From a virus, in IMG/VR virus record IMGVR_UViG_3300005466_000027, positions 7,865 through 71,864 of that record: a DNA stretch of 64,000 nucleotides, one strand, 5' to 3'. The notes beneath the pieces were generated by a model. The model ran no database searches and was not told the origin of the DNA. It was given only the letters and a program-made list of their open reading frames with translations. Of this stretch, positions 42,701-52,021 are shown piece after piece (positions within the stretch are counted from its first letter, which is position 1; each line of letters begins with the position of its first letter). Position numbers and translations under genes: made by a program.

Positions 42701-45700
42701 GCCGATATTCAGCGGGACATCGAAAATAACGCGGGTGCCGAGCCCGCATGGCTGCGGCGGCGTAAAAAAGACCTCAAAGAAGCCCAAAAAGCGCTGTCTG
42801 AGGAGAAAACGGCTGCTCCGGTGACGGACGAAACCACGCCCGAATCTGCTTCTGTGGATCCAGAAAAACGCGAAATTTGGCAGAAAACACGCGCAGAAGT
42901 GGAGAAAGAAGGCGGTTCCAAGGCACGTCACCGCTTGGAAGTGCGGGAAGCGGTCAAACGGGGCGAAGATGTGCCTTTGGAGACGCTGGAGGACTATTCC
43001 GGCTCCAACTGGGCTGACAAAATGCGCCGGGAAAAGTATGGCGAAAAAGTCAGTGACACCCTATTCGAACGCATCCTTGAATCTTTGAAGGATGAGAGTG
43101 GAAATCTTCATTTTGACCCGCTGTTCATCAAGAGCGTGGGCAAACCGGCGTTGCGCGGAGCGGTCAAGATCATCCGCGAAGGTGTGGAAGCCGGTAAATT
43201 GGCCAAGGATTTGATGGAGGATGTCGTTGCCTACATCAAAAAAAACTCACCCGACGCCGATGAAGCTAAGGCCCGTGAATTTTTCCAGCCGGTGATTGAT
43301 GAAGTGCTGGGCGAAAAACCCGCACCGACTGAAGAAGCTGCACCCGCCGCCGAGTCGCCTACACCTCCTGCCGAACCGCCGACGCAGACCGAACCCCGCA
43401 TGGTGGATGAGGGTGGACGCAGGCTCACCTCGACCAAGAATGAGATTGTCGATCAGGAACGCCAGCGCCGCGGAGAACCGCCGATCCTGTCCGAAGCGAA
43501 AAAGTCTCTTGGTAATACGTGGGATGAGGCGATGGACGAGTTTGCCAAAAACCCGGACGCTGGCACATCGCTGGTCGATGACCTGAACAAAAATCCTCGC
43601 GCCATCACGGCGAAAGAGGAAGCAATTTTGCTGCGGGAAAAGGTGGACGTGATGAACGATTTGACCAAGGCCACGGAAATGGCGTTGAACGCGAGCGCTG
43701 ATCCGGCAGATCGGGTGGAAGCGCGCGTGCGCAGTGCCGTGCTGATGGATCAGCTCAACAGCATCGACGAGGCCACACGTAAAGCGGGCACCGAGTGGGG
43801 CCGCACCGGACGTTTCCGTCAAATGCTCGCCGCCGAGGACTATTCGTTATCCCGCATGCTGCAGAAATCGGAGCTGGCCAAGCAGCGTCCGCTGACACCC
43901 GAGGAACAGGCTCAAGTCCAGAAAATGAGCGAGCGTATTGCATCGCTGGAAAAGCAGCTTGCCGATTACGAGGCGAATCACGCTCAGGAAATCGAGCATA
44001 TTCGTAACGAGGAAGCGGACAAGGCCATCCAACGGATGGTGTCCAAGCCCGAGACTCCCGCAGACGCCTACACCCGTGGTGTCCTTGAAAAGATTCAGGT
44101 AGGGTTGAAGAGTCAGGCGGATAAAGCCCGCGCTCGTATTCGCGCACGCCTTGGAAAAGCGTCCGCAGGTGTTGACCCCACCGTGATTTACGACGTAGCC
44201 GTGATTGGAGCTGAGAAGCTATTTAGCACTGGGTTGGATTTCGCTCGTTGGGGGTCGGAGATGCTCTCGGATTTAGGCGAGTCGATGAAGGAGTATCTGA
44301 CCGAAGATACTTTCAAAAAATCGCAGGAGATTAACGACAAGGCGATTGCGAAAGGTGCCCCGAAATCCGTCCGGGAGAAGATCAAACCCAAGGCTCCGAA
44401 GACACCCAAAACCGACGAGGAACAGCGTCAGAACACCGTCAACCGCATCGCGGAGAAGCGGAAGAACGGTGCGCGCGAAGCCATCGGCGGTTCCATCCAA
44501 CAGCTTGCCGAAAGTTTCGTGCGCAGCGGCATCCATGAGCGGGAACCACTGATCGACGTCGTGCATGCGGCGGTGAAAGAAGCACTGCCCGAGGCAAGCC
44601 GCAAGGACATCCGGGATGCCATCAGCGGCTACGGTGATTACAAGGAATTAAGCAAGGATGAAGCCAAAGTGATTCTGCGCGATCTGAAAGGTCAGATGCA
44701 ACAGGTGTCAAAACTGGAGGACATGCTCAAGACAGGCAAACTCCCTGCGCGCACCGGCATCGAACGGCGCACCCAGAGCGCGGAAGAACGGCAGTTGCTT
44801 AAGGAGGTTAACAAAGTCAAAAAGGAATTGGGGTTGGAGTCCACCGACCCTACCCAGCTCAAGGGCGCGCTCGACGCGGCCAAGACCCGAACCCGCAATC
44901 GCATTGAAGATTTGCAGCGCGCCATCGAGAAAAAGGAGAAAATTCCCAAGGCTGAGTCTGCTTTGAAAGAGGATGCGGAGCTGCGTGATTTGAAAGCCCG
45001 GAAAGACGCAGTGCAGAAAGAGTATGACGCTATGTTCGGTAAAGCCAAGCCGACCGCGGAAGAGATTGCCGCTGACAAAGCGCAGCAGGCGGTAGATCGG
45101 GCTGCCGCCGCGCTGGACCGGCAACAGCGCATCAACAGTGGGGAGCTTAAACCGGAGGCTAATGAGCGGGCGCAGCCGTTGAGCGCGCTGGAGAAGGAAC
45201 TCCGCGACCGCACGGAAGAACTGCGCGCGGCCAAGCGCAAGGCAGATGCTTACAAGAGCCCGGAGTCCCTCGCCGCCGAGAAAGCGCAGAAGGGCGTGGA
45301 CGCCGCCGCAGCCGCCGTGGATCGCTGGGACCAGATTTTGAAGGGCGAACTGGAGCGCACTCCGGGCGCACCGAAGGAGCCGCTGTCCAATCTGGAGGAG
45401 GAACTGCGCGCCCAGGCCGACGCCATGCGCAAGGCGGCGGATGAGCTGCGCCGCCAACCGAAGTCGGAGGATGCCAAACGTACGGCGGCGGAAGATGCCC
45501 AGATCAAGGCTTTGGAGAAATCCGTGGCCGAGTATGAGCGGCGTATCAAGGAGATGGATTTTTCATTCAAGGGCGCGAACCAAGGACGACCCGAGGTGGA
45601 GCGCGTAGCCAAGGTGCGTGCCGCCCGCGACGCGGCGAAAAAGGCTTACGAGGACTTGAAGAAGGCTCAGACGCCGCAGAAAACGCCGGAGGAAATTGCT

Positions 45701-47302
45701 TTGGCTGCTTACAAAGCACGTACGAAGTCTCGTATCGACGAGTTGAATGATCGGACCAAGCGCGGGGATTTTTCCAAGAAAGTGCGCAAGCCTGTGGAGC
45801 TGGACGCCGAGGGCGTGAAGCTCCGCGCGGAAGCGGCTCGGGCCAAGTTGGAGTTTGATCGTGCGGTCTACAAGGACAAACAGAAGAACATGCCCACGTC
45901 GGAGCGGATTCTCGATTACATCCCGAAGATCGCCCGAGCGAACCTGCTCTCCAATCCTGTCACATTGGCTAAGCTCACCGCCGCGGCAATGTGGCGGTTG
46001 GGGGCGAGTCCGTTTGAAGAAGCGATTGGGGGTGCTCTCGGCAAATTGCCTTACGTCAGCGAAATTGCTGCCCGCGCGCCACGCGAAGGTGGGTTCAACA
46101 CCAAAGCCGAGGCCAAGGCGTTGACCGATGCGTGGATGAAAGGGATGAAGGATGCCAAGGATAAACTGCTCAAGGGAGAGACGGACTTGGATGTGACCGG
46201 AGAAAAGCGCAGCGTCATCCCTCATCACTGGTTGGATGTCTTCGGCAATATGCACGGTGCTTTGAAAGCCCCGGTGGTTCGCGCCGAGTTCGCCCGGTCC
46301 TTTGAAAAGCGCACGGCCCATGCCGCGGCCAACGGGGTGGACATCACCGATCCTGCGGTGCAAGTTCGCATCGGATTGGAAGCCTACCGCGATTCGCAGC
46401 GCGCTATTTTTCAGAACGACAATCGCGTGGTGCAGATTTGGAATACGGCGATGCGCGGACTGGAGCAGCCATCAAAGACGACGGGGCGTGTTTCACTGGG
46501 AAATAAAGCGCTCCAGGCTGTCGCCAAGACCATCTTCCCCATCGTAAAGATTCCTACCAATATCGTTGCGGAAGCCTTTCAGTATTCGCTCGGGTCACTG
46601 TCGTCGTTGGGGAGATTAGGCGAAATCGCTTGGAGAGGTATGAAGGAGAACGAAAGACAAACTGGAGCAAAACAGCTTGGGAAAGCTTTTGCTGAAGGGA
46701 TCAAAACTCTCAAACCCGAAGAGGCTGACCTCATCATGCGGGAGATGAAAAAAGGCGCGTTCGGTTTCGCCGTAATGCTGCTCGGTTTTCTCGCGTCTCA
46801 GTCGGTCGGCGGTTTTTACCAGCCAGGGCAGCGCCGAAAAGAGGACGACGTGAAACCCGGTACAGTCCGAATCGGTAACATTGACATTCCGTCGTACCTC
46901 CTGCATAACCCGATGGTTGACCAGCTTCAAGTGGGGGCCACGATTGGCCGTGTGGCCAACTCCCGGCTGCGCAAGAAGGATCGCGAGACGCAGGGGTATC
47001 CTGCAGGTGCCGTTGCCGCCGCCCTTGGACTGATCGAAGAGGTTCCCTTCGCCACGGGTGCCGAGCAACTGCACAAGGTCTTCACTCCGAATGAGCGTGC
47101 CGAATACTTTGGGGAGCTGGCACGTTCCCGTGTCGAGCCTCAGTTCATCCAGTGGATGGCCCAGCAGGGCGACCGTGCATCCTATCTGCCGCCATCGGAG
47201 ATTCGTCAGCGCAAGCCGGAAAGCTTGAAGGAAGAGATGGAGATGGGTATTCCGGGGCTGCGGCAGAACGTGCCGCTCAAACGAAAAAGATCATGGCGCT
47301 AA
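39761..47302 (+). CDS. giant 2513-aa probable ejection / polyvalent internal virion protein
   Basis: Size, N-terminal DLxDFEP repeats, helical repeats, C-terminal FPIVKIPTN + hydrophobic segment typical of podoviral ejection proteins. Confidence 0.65.
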   Translation: MAYDLTDFEPEQASPVAVKSPISKSRQDLSDFEPVETPAEPTAAEPAEQAAQATVPPVQPAITNDPFAAFNAKLENSPVARMPEVNLPAQSAVPDVTRPIQPVPQVTPEDTLPVAKDVPSRGVFVNETPTLISNIREGKFEDAAALAKENAMGSKPMRFLFGPTEAQRIAEAVPVTKEDGITSYEYKPASTDAVEKLGAVGAARRSIASLERGIPVTELDQKVESEMMKDDPSDSTLKSIGKGLYNAVLRTTVSLSDPTMALIPESKLVSGAFTLDMANSAKEQIQKGLEADNPREAVEGLLGGVITLGMAGVSGSHTLKPTKADIIEHMDKVPDELLHEANKELKSSDPDVASAAGAELMKRAADFGQELDATLKRLPGDVQEKVNGILQKQLRGEELTNNERATLLQVRSYASRLQQDKTNDEFTSGTPARTAPTQQVAPAEPVGTGGQSVSPRNEPAPVVDASQQGGSVAASAKAKAEAATQPLREVAAAVQETLPLAAQAAKEQADLLAKRAQEQAAAAESTSPPPAVEPPASGQQEPPLSGEERPPAATVAPVMEGAAAKPVTQGTKIVGPVLQVDGKTYAEGKIGQHHKDIVAEAIDNYFKANPDAEEVPRFDHRFKDDQGNIHDRESGWELAKSANQIPPETANAVEALASSSGDRPQLHADHLVEGESSLTETANNGEAAGMTKKPFEVDESLVMNSPHTGDDTIVNFRGVQGDNAVVWTGRSQMMVPLEWLRREGEPLQKKETPSSQAQLPADAPHPSTSEGKTEVAEKDFPKTKADIIEELLGPEPSYFEGQMKQKESAKQYAKFSKQELAERLQNKRDFEKKSKELSQRMMSVAPEVSARLDAAGGKWRAEANQIAEEHGFGERWRGMTDNSRGEEAARLSSFLADYGFDKLKKEPPDEPVSSKEPITVERPVVAPNEPVERPPAADAAATEASVAKGSLLDKLESLLTEEEPPAAAKEAPQSPAQKRVADIQRDIENNAGAEPAWLRRRKKDLKEAQKALSEEKTAAPVTDETTPESASVDPEKREIWQKTRAEVEKEGGSKARHRLEVREAVKRGEDVPLETLEDYSGSNWADKMRREKYGEKVSDTLFERILESLKDESGNLHFDPLFIKSVGKPALRGAVKIIREGVEAGKLAKDLMEDVVAYIKKNSPDADEAKAREFFQPVIDEVLGEKPAPTEEAAPAAESPTPPAEPPTQTEPRMVDEGGRRLTSTKNEIVDQERQRRGEPPILSEAKKSLGNTWDEAMDEFAKNPDAGTSLVDDLNKNPRAITAKEEAILLREKVDVMNDLTKATEMALNASADPADRVEARVRSAVLMDQLNSIDEATRKAGTEWGRTGRFRQMLAAEDYSLSRMLQKSELAKQRPLTPEEQAQVQKMSERIASLEKQLADYEANHAQEIEHIRNEEADKAIQRMVSKPETPADAYTRGVLEKIQVGLKSQADKARARIRARLGKASAGVDPTVIYDVAVIGAEKLFSTGLDFARWGSEMLSDLGESMKEYLTEDTFKKSQEINDKAIAKGAPKSVREKIKPKAPKTPKTDEEQRQNTVNRIAEKRKNGAREAIGGSIQQLAESFVRSGIHEREPLIDVVHAAVKEALPEASRKDIRDAISGYGDYKELSKDEAKVILRDLKGQMQQVSKLEDMLKTGKLPARTGIERRTQSAEERQLLKEVNKVKKELGLESTDPTQLKGALDAAKTRTRNRIEDLQRAIEKKEKIPKAESALKEDAELRDLKARKDAVQKEYDAMFGKAKPTAEEIAADKAQQAVDRAAAALDRQQRINSGELKPEANERAQPLSALEKELRDRTEELRAAKRKADAYKSPESLAAEKAQKGVDAAAAAVDRWDQILKGELERTPGAPKEPLSNLEEELRAQADAMRKAADELRRQPKSEDAKRTAAEDAQIKALEKSVAEYERRIKEMDFSFKGANQGRPEVERVAKVRAARDAAKKAYEDLKKAQTPQKTPEEIALAAYKARTKSRIDELNDRTKRGDFSKKVRKPVELDAEGVKLRAEAARAKLEFDRAVYKDKQKNMPTSERILDYIPKIARANLLSNPVTLAKLTAAAMWRLGASPFEEAIGGALGKLPYVSEIAARAPREGGFNTKAEAKALTDAWMKGMKDAKDKLLKGETDLDVTGEKRSVIPHHWLDVFGNMHGALKAPVVRAEFARSFEKRTAHAAANGVDITDPAVQVRIGLEAYRDSQRAIFQNDNRVVQIWNTAMRGLEQPSKTTGRVSLGNKALQAVAKTIFPIVKIPTNIVAEAFQYSLGSLSSLGRLGEIAWRGMKENERQTGAKQLGKAFAEGIKTLKPEEADLIMREMKKGAFGFAVMLLGFLASQSVGGFYQPGQRRKEDDVKPGTVRIGNIDIPSYLLHNPMVDQLQVGATIGRVANSRLRKKDRETQGYPAGAVAAALGLIEEVPFATGAEQLHKVFTPNERAEYFGELARSRVEPQFIQWMAQQGDRASYLPPSEIRQRKPESLKEEMEMGIPGLRQNVPLKRKRSWR

Positions 47303-48525
47303 TTCCTCGCACGGCTCTGGTGATAGATCATGGGCTTTTCCAGCCGTTGGCCCATGCTCTTACTCGCTACTACGAGAAGGTGCTCTATTTTCGCCCGTGG
47401 GTGAGCAGCTTTTCTCACCCGGATTCGTTCTACATCGGGACAGGCTATGACTCGTTCGAGAGGATCGAGGAAGTGGAGCCCTACTTCGACGACAAGTTGG
47501 TGACGTGGGTGTTCCCGGATTTACATTTCCCAGGGCTTCAGAAATGGCTGCGCGATCAGGGGCGGCAGGTGTGGGGCGCAGGAGATGGAGAAAAGCTGGA
47601 GCTGGACCGCGGCGAGACAAAAGAGCTGATGGAGTCCATCGGCCTTCCGGTCAAACCGTGGGCGTGTGTGGTCGGCATGATGGAACTTCGTGAGCTTTTG
47701 AAGACGCACGAAGATGTTTTTGTCAAGGTGAGTAAACTGCGCGGGCTCACCGAGACTTTTTGTTCCCCGTCTTACGATCTGGTAAAGCCCAAGCTCGACG
47801 CCATCCAAGCAGACCTTGGCGGGCGTGCCGAAGTGCAGGAGTTCATCGTGGAGTCCCCGGTGCCGGACGCCACGGAGGTAGGGTATGATGGATATTTTGT
47901 AGGGGGATTTCCACAAACCGCGCTTTACGGGATTGAGGTGAAGGACTGTTGCTACGCGGGTCGAGTGAAGCCATACGCCTCGCTCCCGAAAGAAGTGTTG
48001 GAGGTGAACCGTAAGCTGGCCCCAGTGATGAAGAAACTCGGTTATCGAGGATTTTTCTCGACGGAGATTCGCGTGGGCAAAGACAAAAAGCCCTACCTGA
48101 TTGACCTGACCTGTCGCCACGCGTCACCCGCGGGTGAGTCTATTTTGGAGGTATCCGAGAATCTTGGTGACATCATCGAAAGTGGGTCGAAAAGCAAGTT
48201 GGTGGACATGAAACCCGCAGGGAAGTTCGTCTGCCAAACCATGCTCTGCTCCGATTTCGTCAAAAGCCACTGGCTGCCCATCGAAATCCCCAAAGAGATT
48301 CGTCAGCACGTCCACCTCTACCATTCGTGCATGGTGGAGGGCGTAGAATACGTGGTGCCCATTGATGAAGACATGCCGCAGCTCGGCAGCGTGACAGCGT
48401 GTGCAGCCACACCGGAAGAAGCTTCGAAGCTTTGTCAGAAATACGTCGGAGAAATCAAGGCATTCGGGCTCAAGGACAACTCGGATAAACTGGAGCAGGC
48501 CATCGTGGACTTGCAGAAAGCGTGA
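47293..48525 (+). CDS. ATP-grasp ligase (PurD/GARS-like)
   Basis: LELDR...K..M..IGLP, VFVK, FIVE, EVGYDG, GYRGFFSTE, YLIDLTCR. Confidence 0.8.
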   Translation: MALIPRTALVIDHGLFQPLAHALTRYYEKVLYFRPWVSSFSHPDSFYIGTGYDSFERIEEVEPYFDDKLVTWVFPDLHFPGLQKWLRDQGRQVWGAGDGEKLELDRGETKELMESIGLPVKPWACVVGMMELRELLKTHEDVFVKVSKLRGLTETFCSPSYDLVKPKLDAIQADLGGRAEVQEFIVESPVPDATEVGYDGYFVGGFPQTALYGIEVKDCCYAGRVKPYASLPKEVLEVNRKLAPVMKKLGYRGFFSTEIRVGKDKKPYLIDLTCRHASPAGESILEVSENLGDIIESGSKSKLVDMKPAGKFVCQTMLCSDFVKSHWLPIEIPKEIRQHVHLYHSCMVEGVEYVVPIDEDMPQLGSVTACAATPEEASKLCQKYVGEIKAFGLKDNSDKLEQAIVDLQKA

Positions 48526-48920
48526 ACATTATTGGCTACACAGTTCCGAAGGAGGATGTGCGCTGCGCGCAAGTGGGTGACTGGTCCTATGGGGACAAAA
48601 CCATCGAAGTCAAGGCGGCTATTTTAGGTGACTGGCGTTATGAGTTGCTCGTGCAAGTCCATGAGTTGGTGGAGGCGGCGCTGTGCAAACATCGAGGCAT
48701 CACGGACGAGCAAGTGACTGCGTTCGATGCGAAATTTGAAGCGGAGCGGGAGAACGGTCTGCACTCACCTGAAGCAGAAGATGGGGATGATCCGCGCGCT
48801 CCCTACCGTAAGGAGCATTTCACAGCCACCAACATCGAACGGCAACTCGCAGCCGAGCTTGACGTGGACTGGGCGGAATACGAAAAAGCGATTGACTCAG
48901 TATACGCGACTCGCGTATAG
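48522..48920 (+). CDS. possible zincin-like metalloprotein
   Basis: VHELVE ... PYRKEHFTATNIE. Confidence 0.55.
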   Translation: MNIIGYTVPKEDVRCAQVGDWSYGDKTIEVKAAILGDWRYELLVQVHELVEAALCKHRGITDEQVTAFDAKFEAERENGLHSPEAEDGDDPRAPYRKEHFTATNIERQLAAELDVDWAEYEKAIDSVYATRV

Positions 48921-48921
48921 G
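48892..48921 (+). promoter_or_regulatory. promoter with perfect palindromic operator
   Basis: TTGACT-18bp-TATAGG overlapping TATACGCGA-C-TCGCGTATA (48901-48919). Confidence 0.7.
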
Positions 48922-48928
48922 TGGGAGA

Positions 48929-49636
48929 ATGAAAACCAAAAATAGCTCGAAGGGGGCAAAATCAAAATCTACAAAAAAGCATGCTGGGGTGAAGCCGACG
49001 CTCGTGGCGTTCCTCTTGGATCGAACAGGTTCAATGAGTGCGTGCTGTGACGAGACCATCAGCGGTTTCAACGGGTACATCGACTCTCTTTTGGAGAAAA
49101 AAGAAAGTAAGGGGATGCGTTTTACTCTCACGCAGTTTGATTCCCAAGGTATCGACGTTCTGCACAATTGCGTGACCTTGGAGAAGGTAGACAAACTTAA
49201 TTCAGACACATATCGCCCACGCGCTATGACGCCGCTCTACGATGCTATCGGGAAAACGATCCGAGCCACCGAGGCAGAGGCGAAAGGGAAATACAACGTC
49301 CTTTTTGTGACCCTCACGGATGGCGCTGAAAATGCGTCAACCGAGTGGAACTCTGAGAGTGTGAAGTCGCTTATCAAGGAAAAGGAGGATAAGGACCACT
49401 GGACGTTTGCATATATCGGCGTCGGTTTGAACGGCTTCGCAGCTACCCAAGCAGTGTCCAAGGGCACGGCTGGGCACAGCAACGTGCTTCAGTCCGATCA
49501 CAAAGATACGAAGGCAGCATATACCCGAATGGCCACAGCGACGGTTCATTATATGGCTTGTGTCGGACCTTCTGGCCCGTGCGGTCCCAAGGGTAAACCA
49601 GGTCCAGTTGCAAAACTCTGGGATGGGAAATCGTAA
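48929..49636 (+). CDS. von Willebrand factor A domain protein
   Basis: LLDRTGSM, TPLYDAIG, LTDG.EN.S.E, WTFAYIG. Confidence 0.9.
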   Translation: MKTKNSSKGAKSKSTKKHAGVKPTLVAFLLDRTGSMSACCDETISGFNGYIDSLLEKKESKGMRFTLTQFDSQGIDVLHNCVTLEKVDKLNSDTYRPRAMTPLYDAIGKTIRATEAEAKGKYNVLFVTLTDGAENASTEWNSESVKSLIKEKEDKDHWTFAYIGVGLNGFAATQAVSKGTAGHSNVLQSDHKDTKAAYTRMATATVHYMACVGPSGPCGPKGKPGPVAKLWDGKS

Positions 49637-49838
49637 ATACAGTGAGCAACTTAAACAGTGGCGTGGTAACCGACCACAATCGGTTGCTGCGAACCTGCTG
49701 GACGTTTCTTTGCGGACATACCAGAACTGGGAGCAGGGAAGAAACGAACCACCGACATTGGTGCGAGACAGCATTTTTTCCTGCATGAAAAGAATCGAGA
49801 CCACGAGTCAATATGCTAAAACTGGCAAATCCATTTGA
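49623..49838 (+). CDS. XRE-family HTH protein
   Basis: LKQWR...Q..AANLLDVSLRTYQNWEQGRNEP. Confidence 0.85.
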   Translation: MGNRKYSEQLKQWRGNRPQSVAANLLDVSLRTYQNWEQGRNEPPTLVRDSIFSCMKRIETTSQYAKTGKSI

Positions 49839-50451
49839 AACACCCCCAGGCTATTTCCGTTTTCCGCGGCACGTCGATCAGCCGATAACGGAAAAAAACC
49901 TCATCTATGGTGGTGACATCGTGGACCTCGTGTCGAAGGTCGCGGAGTTTCGCATCGCCAACGGTATGCCCATCGGTGGGTTGGAAGCGGAGGTGCAGGA
50001 TTGGTTGTGTCGGAATGCCGGTGCCGCCTGCAAACCCGCGGCACCTGCTAGACTGGATCAAACAGTAAAGATCAGCGGTATTGCAGTATTGCGCTTTTTG
50101 AACGCGATGGCTGCATGGGTGGTCAACGGTGGCACTGTGGAGCAGGAGGAAGCCGAACGTCGCGCCGAAACTTGTTCAGGCTGCCGTTTCAATCGCCACG
50201 TCGAGGATGCTGCGTGCCTGGGCTGCGCAGGGGTGGCAGCAAAGGTGATGCAGATTATTGGTAATAGGCACACAAGGGTTGACGATTCTCTAAAGTTCTG
50301 TGGATTTTGCGGATGTTCTCTACTCGTCGTCCCCTTCGTGCCTCTTGACATCCTCAACCGCTCCCACGCCAATTCCGATTTTCCCGATGACACCGGGCAA
50401 GTGGACAAAGACGGCAACCTCATTCCGTGCTGGAGGAAAGCAGGCGCATGA
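49813..50451 (+). CDS. Cys-rich conserved hypothetical protein
   Basis: RRAETCSGC..N, CLGC, CGFCGC, CWRK. Confidence 0.7.
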   Translation: MLKLANPFETPPGYFRFPRHVDQPITEKNLIYGGDIVDLVSKVAEFRIANGMPIGGLEAEVQDWLCRNAGAACKPAAPARLDQTVKISGIAVLRFLNAMAAWVVNGGTVEQEEAERRAETCSGCRFNRHVEDAACLGCAGVAAKVMQIIGNRHTRVDDSLKFCGFCGCSLLVVPFVPLDILNRSHANSDFPDDTGQVDKDGNLIPCWRKAGA

Positions 50452-51026
50452 AAAAGCCCACCGACCCAGCGCGGCAGCCACCCTCCAGCATCGAGAACCC
50501 GGAGAAGCACAACGCTTACATGATGTTCCTTTCGGGTTGGTCGGCGGAAGAAATTGCCGAGCGCTGCGAACTCTCTTTCGACATGGTGCGCCAGTGGGTG
50601 ACGCGCGGAGAATGGGTGCAACATCGCAAACAGTTGAACGAGCTGCACACGGAGAAAAATCCCGTGCTGCAACAACCCATACCGAAAGCCGTGGCCAACG
50701 CGCGCAAGGGCGAGCTGAAGCAGAGATTCGTGGAGACGATGGGCGAAATTGCCGCAGAGGACGTGAGCCACTGGAAAGACCTTGATCCGCAGGAACGTCT
50801 CGCTGTTGCCACGGACATCGTGGCTCTCGCCGGTCATCACCGCAAGACGTTCGATCTGGACAAGGAAGACACGGCGCAAGAGAAGGGCCACATCAGTTTG
50901 ACCTTCTTGACGCAGAGCAGTCAGCCAGGATTCGTGAAGCTCTTGGAGCCGGAGAAGGTGAAGGAAATTGAGGAGCAGCCGCCTCAACCGCCACCCAAGA
51001 AAGTTTACACTCTCGACGACTTTTAG
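50448..51026 (+). CDS. terminase small subunit-like HTH protein
   Basis: MFLSGWSAEEIAE......VRQW..R..W N-terminal HTH; ends KKVYTLDDF. Confidence 0.6.
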   Translation: MKKPTDPARQPPSSIENPEKHNAYMMFLSGWSAEEIAERCELSFDMVRQWVTRGEWVQHRKQLNELHTEKNPVLQQPIPKAVANARKGELKQRFVETMGEIAAEDVSHWKDLDPQERLAVATDIVALAGHHRKTFDLDKEDTAQEKGHISLTFLTQSSQPGFVKLLEPEKVKEIEEQPPQPPPKKVYTLDDF

Positions 51027-51072
51027 AAAATAATCGTTGACGACGTAAAACGGGACGGGTAGACCGTAGCGC

Positions 51073-51216
51073 ATGACCGTTTACACCGCCTTCCGCTGCC
51101 CGAGCGATTTGCTCAAGGCAATCAAGGCGAAGGCCAAGACCCAGCGCCGCTCGTTGAGCAACTACATCGTCTGCATCATCGAGAAGGAAGTGAAGAAAGA
51201 AAAAACCCAAAAATGA
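51073..51216 (+). CDS. 47-aa ribbon-helix-helix (Arc-like) regulator (not in ORF track)
   Basis: TAFRCPSDLLKAIKAKAKTQRRSLSNYI; promoter TTGACG-17bp-TAGACC directly upstream. Confidence 0.75.
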   Translation: MTVYTAFRCPSDLLKAIKAKAKTQRRSLSNYIVCIIEKEVKKEKTQK

Positions 51217-52019
51217 AATCCTATTTCGTCTTCGACGTTGAGTCTATCGGTCTACACGGCGAGGGTTTTGCGGTGGCTGGGGGCGTCTATCTTGAGAACG
51301 GTGCTGCGCAGTGGGAATTTTGTTTTGCGAGTCCAACAGATCAAGCTGAAGGGGAGGACTCGGATCGCCACTGGGTAAAAGACAATGTGCCTATGATGGA
51401 GGAGACGCACCGCTCTCTCAGAAAAATGCGTGATGCTTTTTGGGGTGAATGGGTGAGGGCGAAAAAAGACGGAGCCATTATGGCCGCGGAGTGCCCTTGG
51501 CCGGTAGAAGCGGGATTTTTGTCTCAGTGCATAGCGGATGATGTCGATGCCCGGAAGTGGGACGGCCCATATCCCTTCATGGAGATTGCCAGTTTTCTTG
51601 CGGCTGCGGGGATGGACCCGATGGCGACCTACCCAAGAACACCCTCGGAGCAACCAGCTCATCACCCGCTCAAGGATGCACGCCAGTCGGCACGGCTTCT
51701 TTCTGAGGCGCTTGCGAGGATTCGCATCGCCGAAGAAAACGAAAAAGACCAGCCTTTGGTATGCCGGGTAGAAGGCGATCAACTCGTGGCTCGGATTGGC
51801 ATTGATGTTTTGGCTTTTGCTTCTCGCCCTGAAAATGGCGGGAAACTGGAAGACTGCGATGTTGAGTCCGGGAGAGAGCGTGAGTTTGCAAAGGACGTGG
51901 CCAACGAGATGATGCGTGATTTCGGGGAAGGCCCATTCCCATTTCCAGATTTTTTAGATGACATGATTGTCGCGGCATCCGACCACGGCAGTGCCGCCCT
52001 GAAGTGGAAGAAAAACTGA
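51213..52019 (+). CDS. DEDDh 3'-5' exonuclease-like domain plus C-terminal extra domain
   Basis: VFDVES.G, WVKDNVP, HHPLKDARQS. Confidence 0.75.
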   Translation: MKSYFVFDVESIGLHGEGFAVAGGVYLENGAAQWEFCFASPTDQAEGEDSDRHWVKDNVPMMEETHRSLRKMRDAFWGEWVRAKKDGAIMAAECPWPVEAGFLSQCIADDVDARKWDGPYPFMEIASFLAAAGMDPMATYPRTPSEQPAHHPLKDARQSARLLSEALARIRIAEENEKDQPLVCRVEGDQLVARIGIDVLAFASRPENGGKLEDCDVESGREREFAKDVANEMMRDFGEGPFPFPDFLDDMIVAASDHGSAALKWKKN

Positions 52020-52021
52020 TT

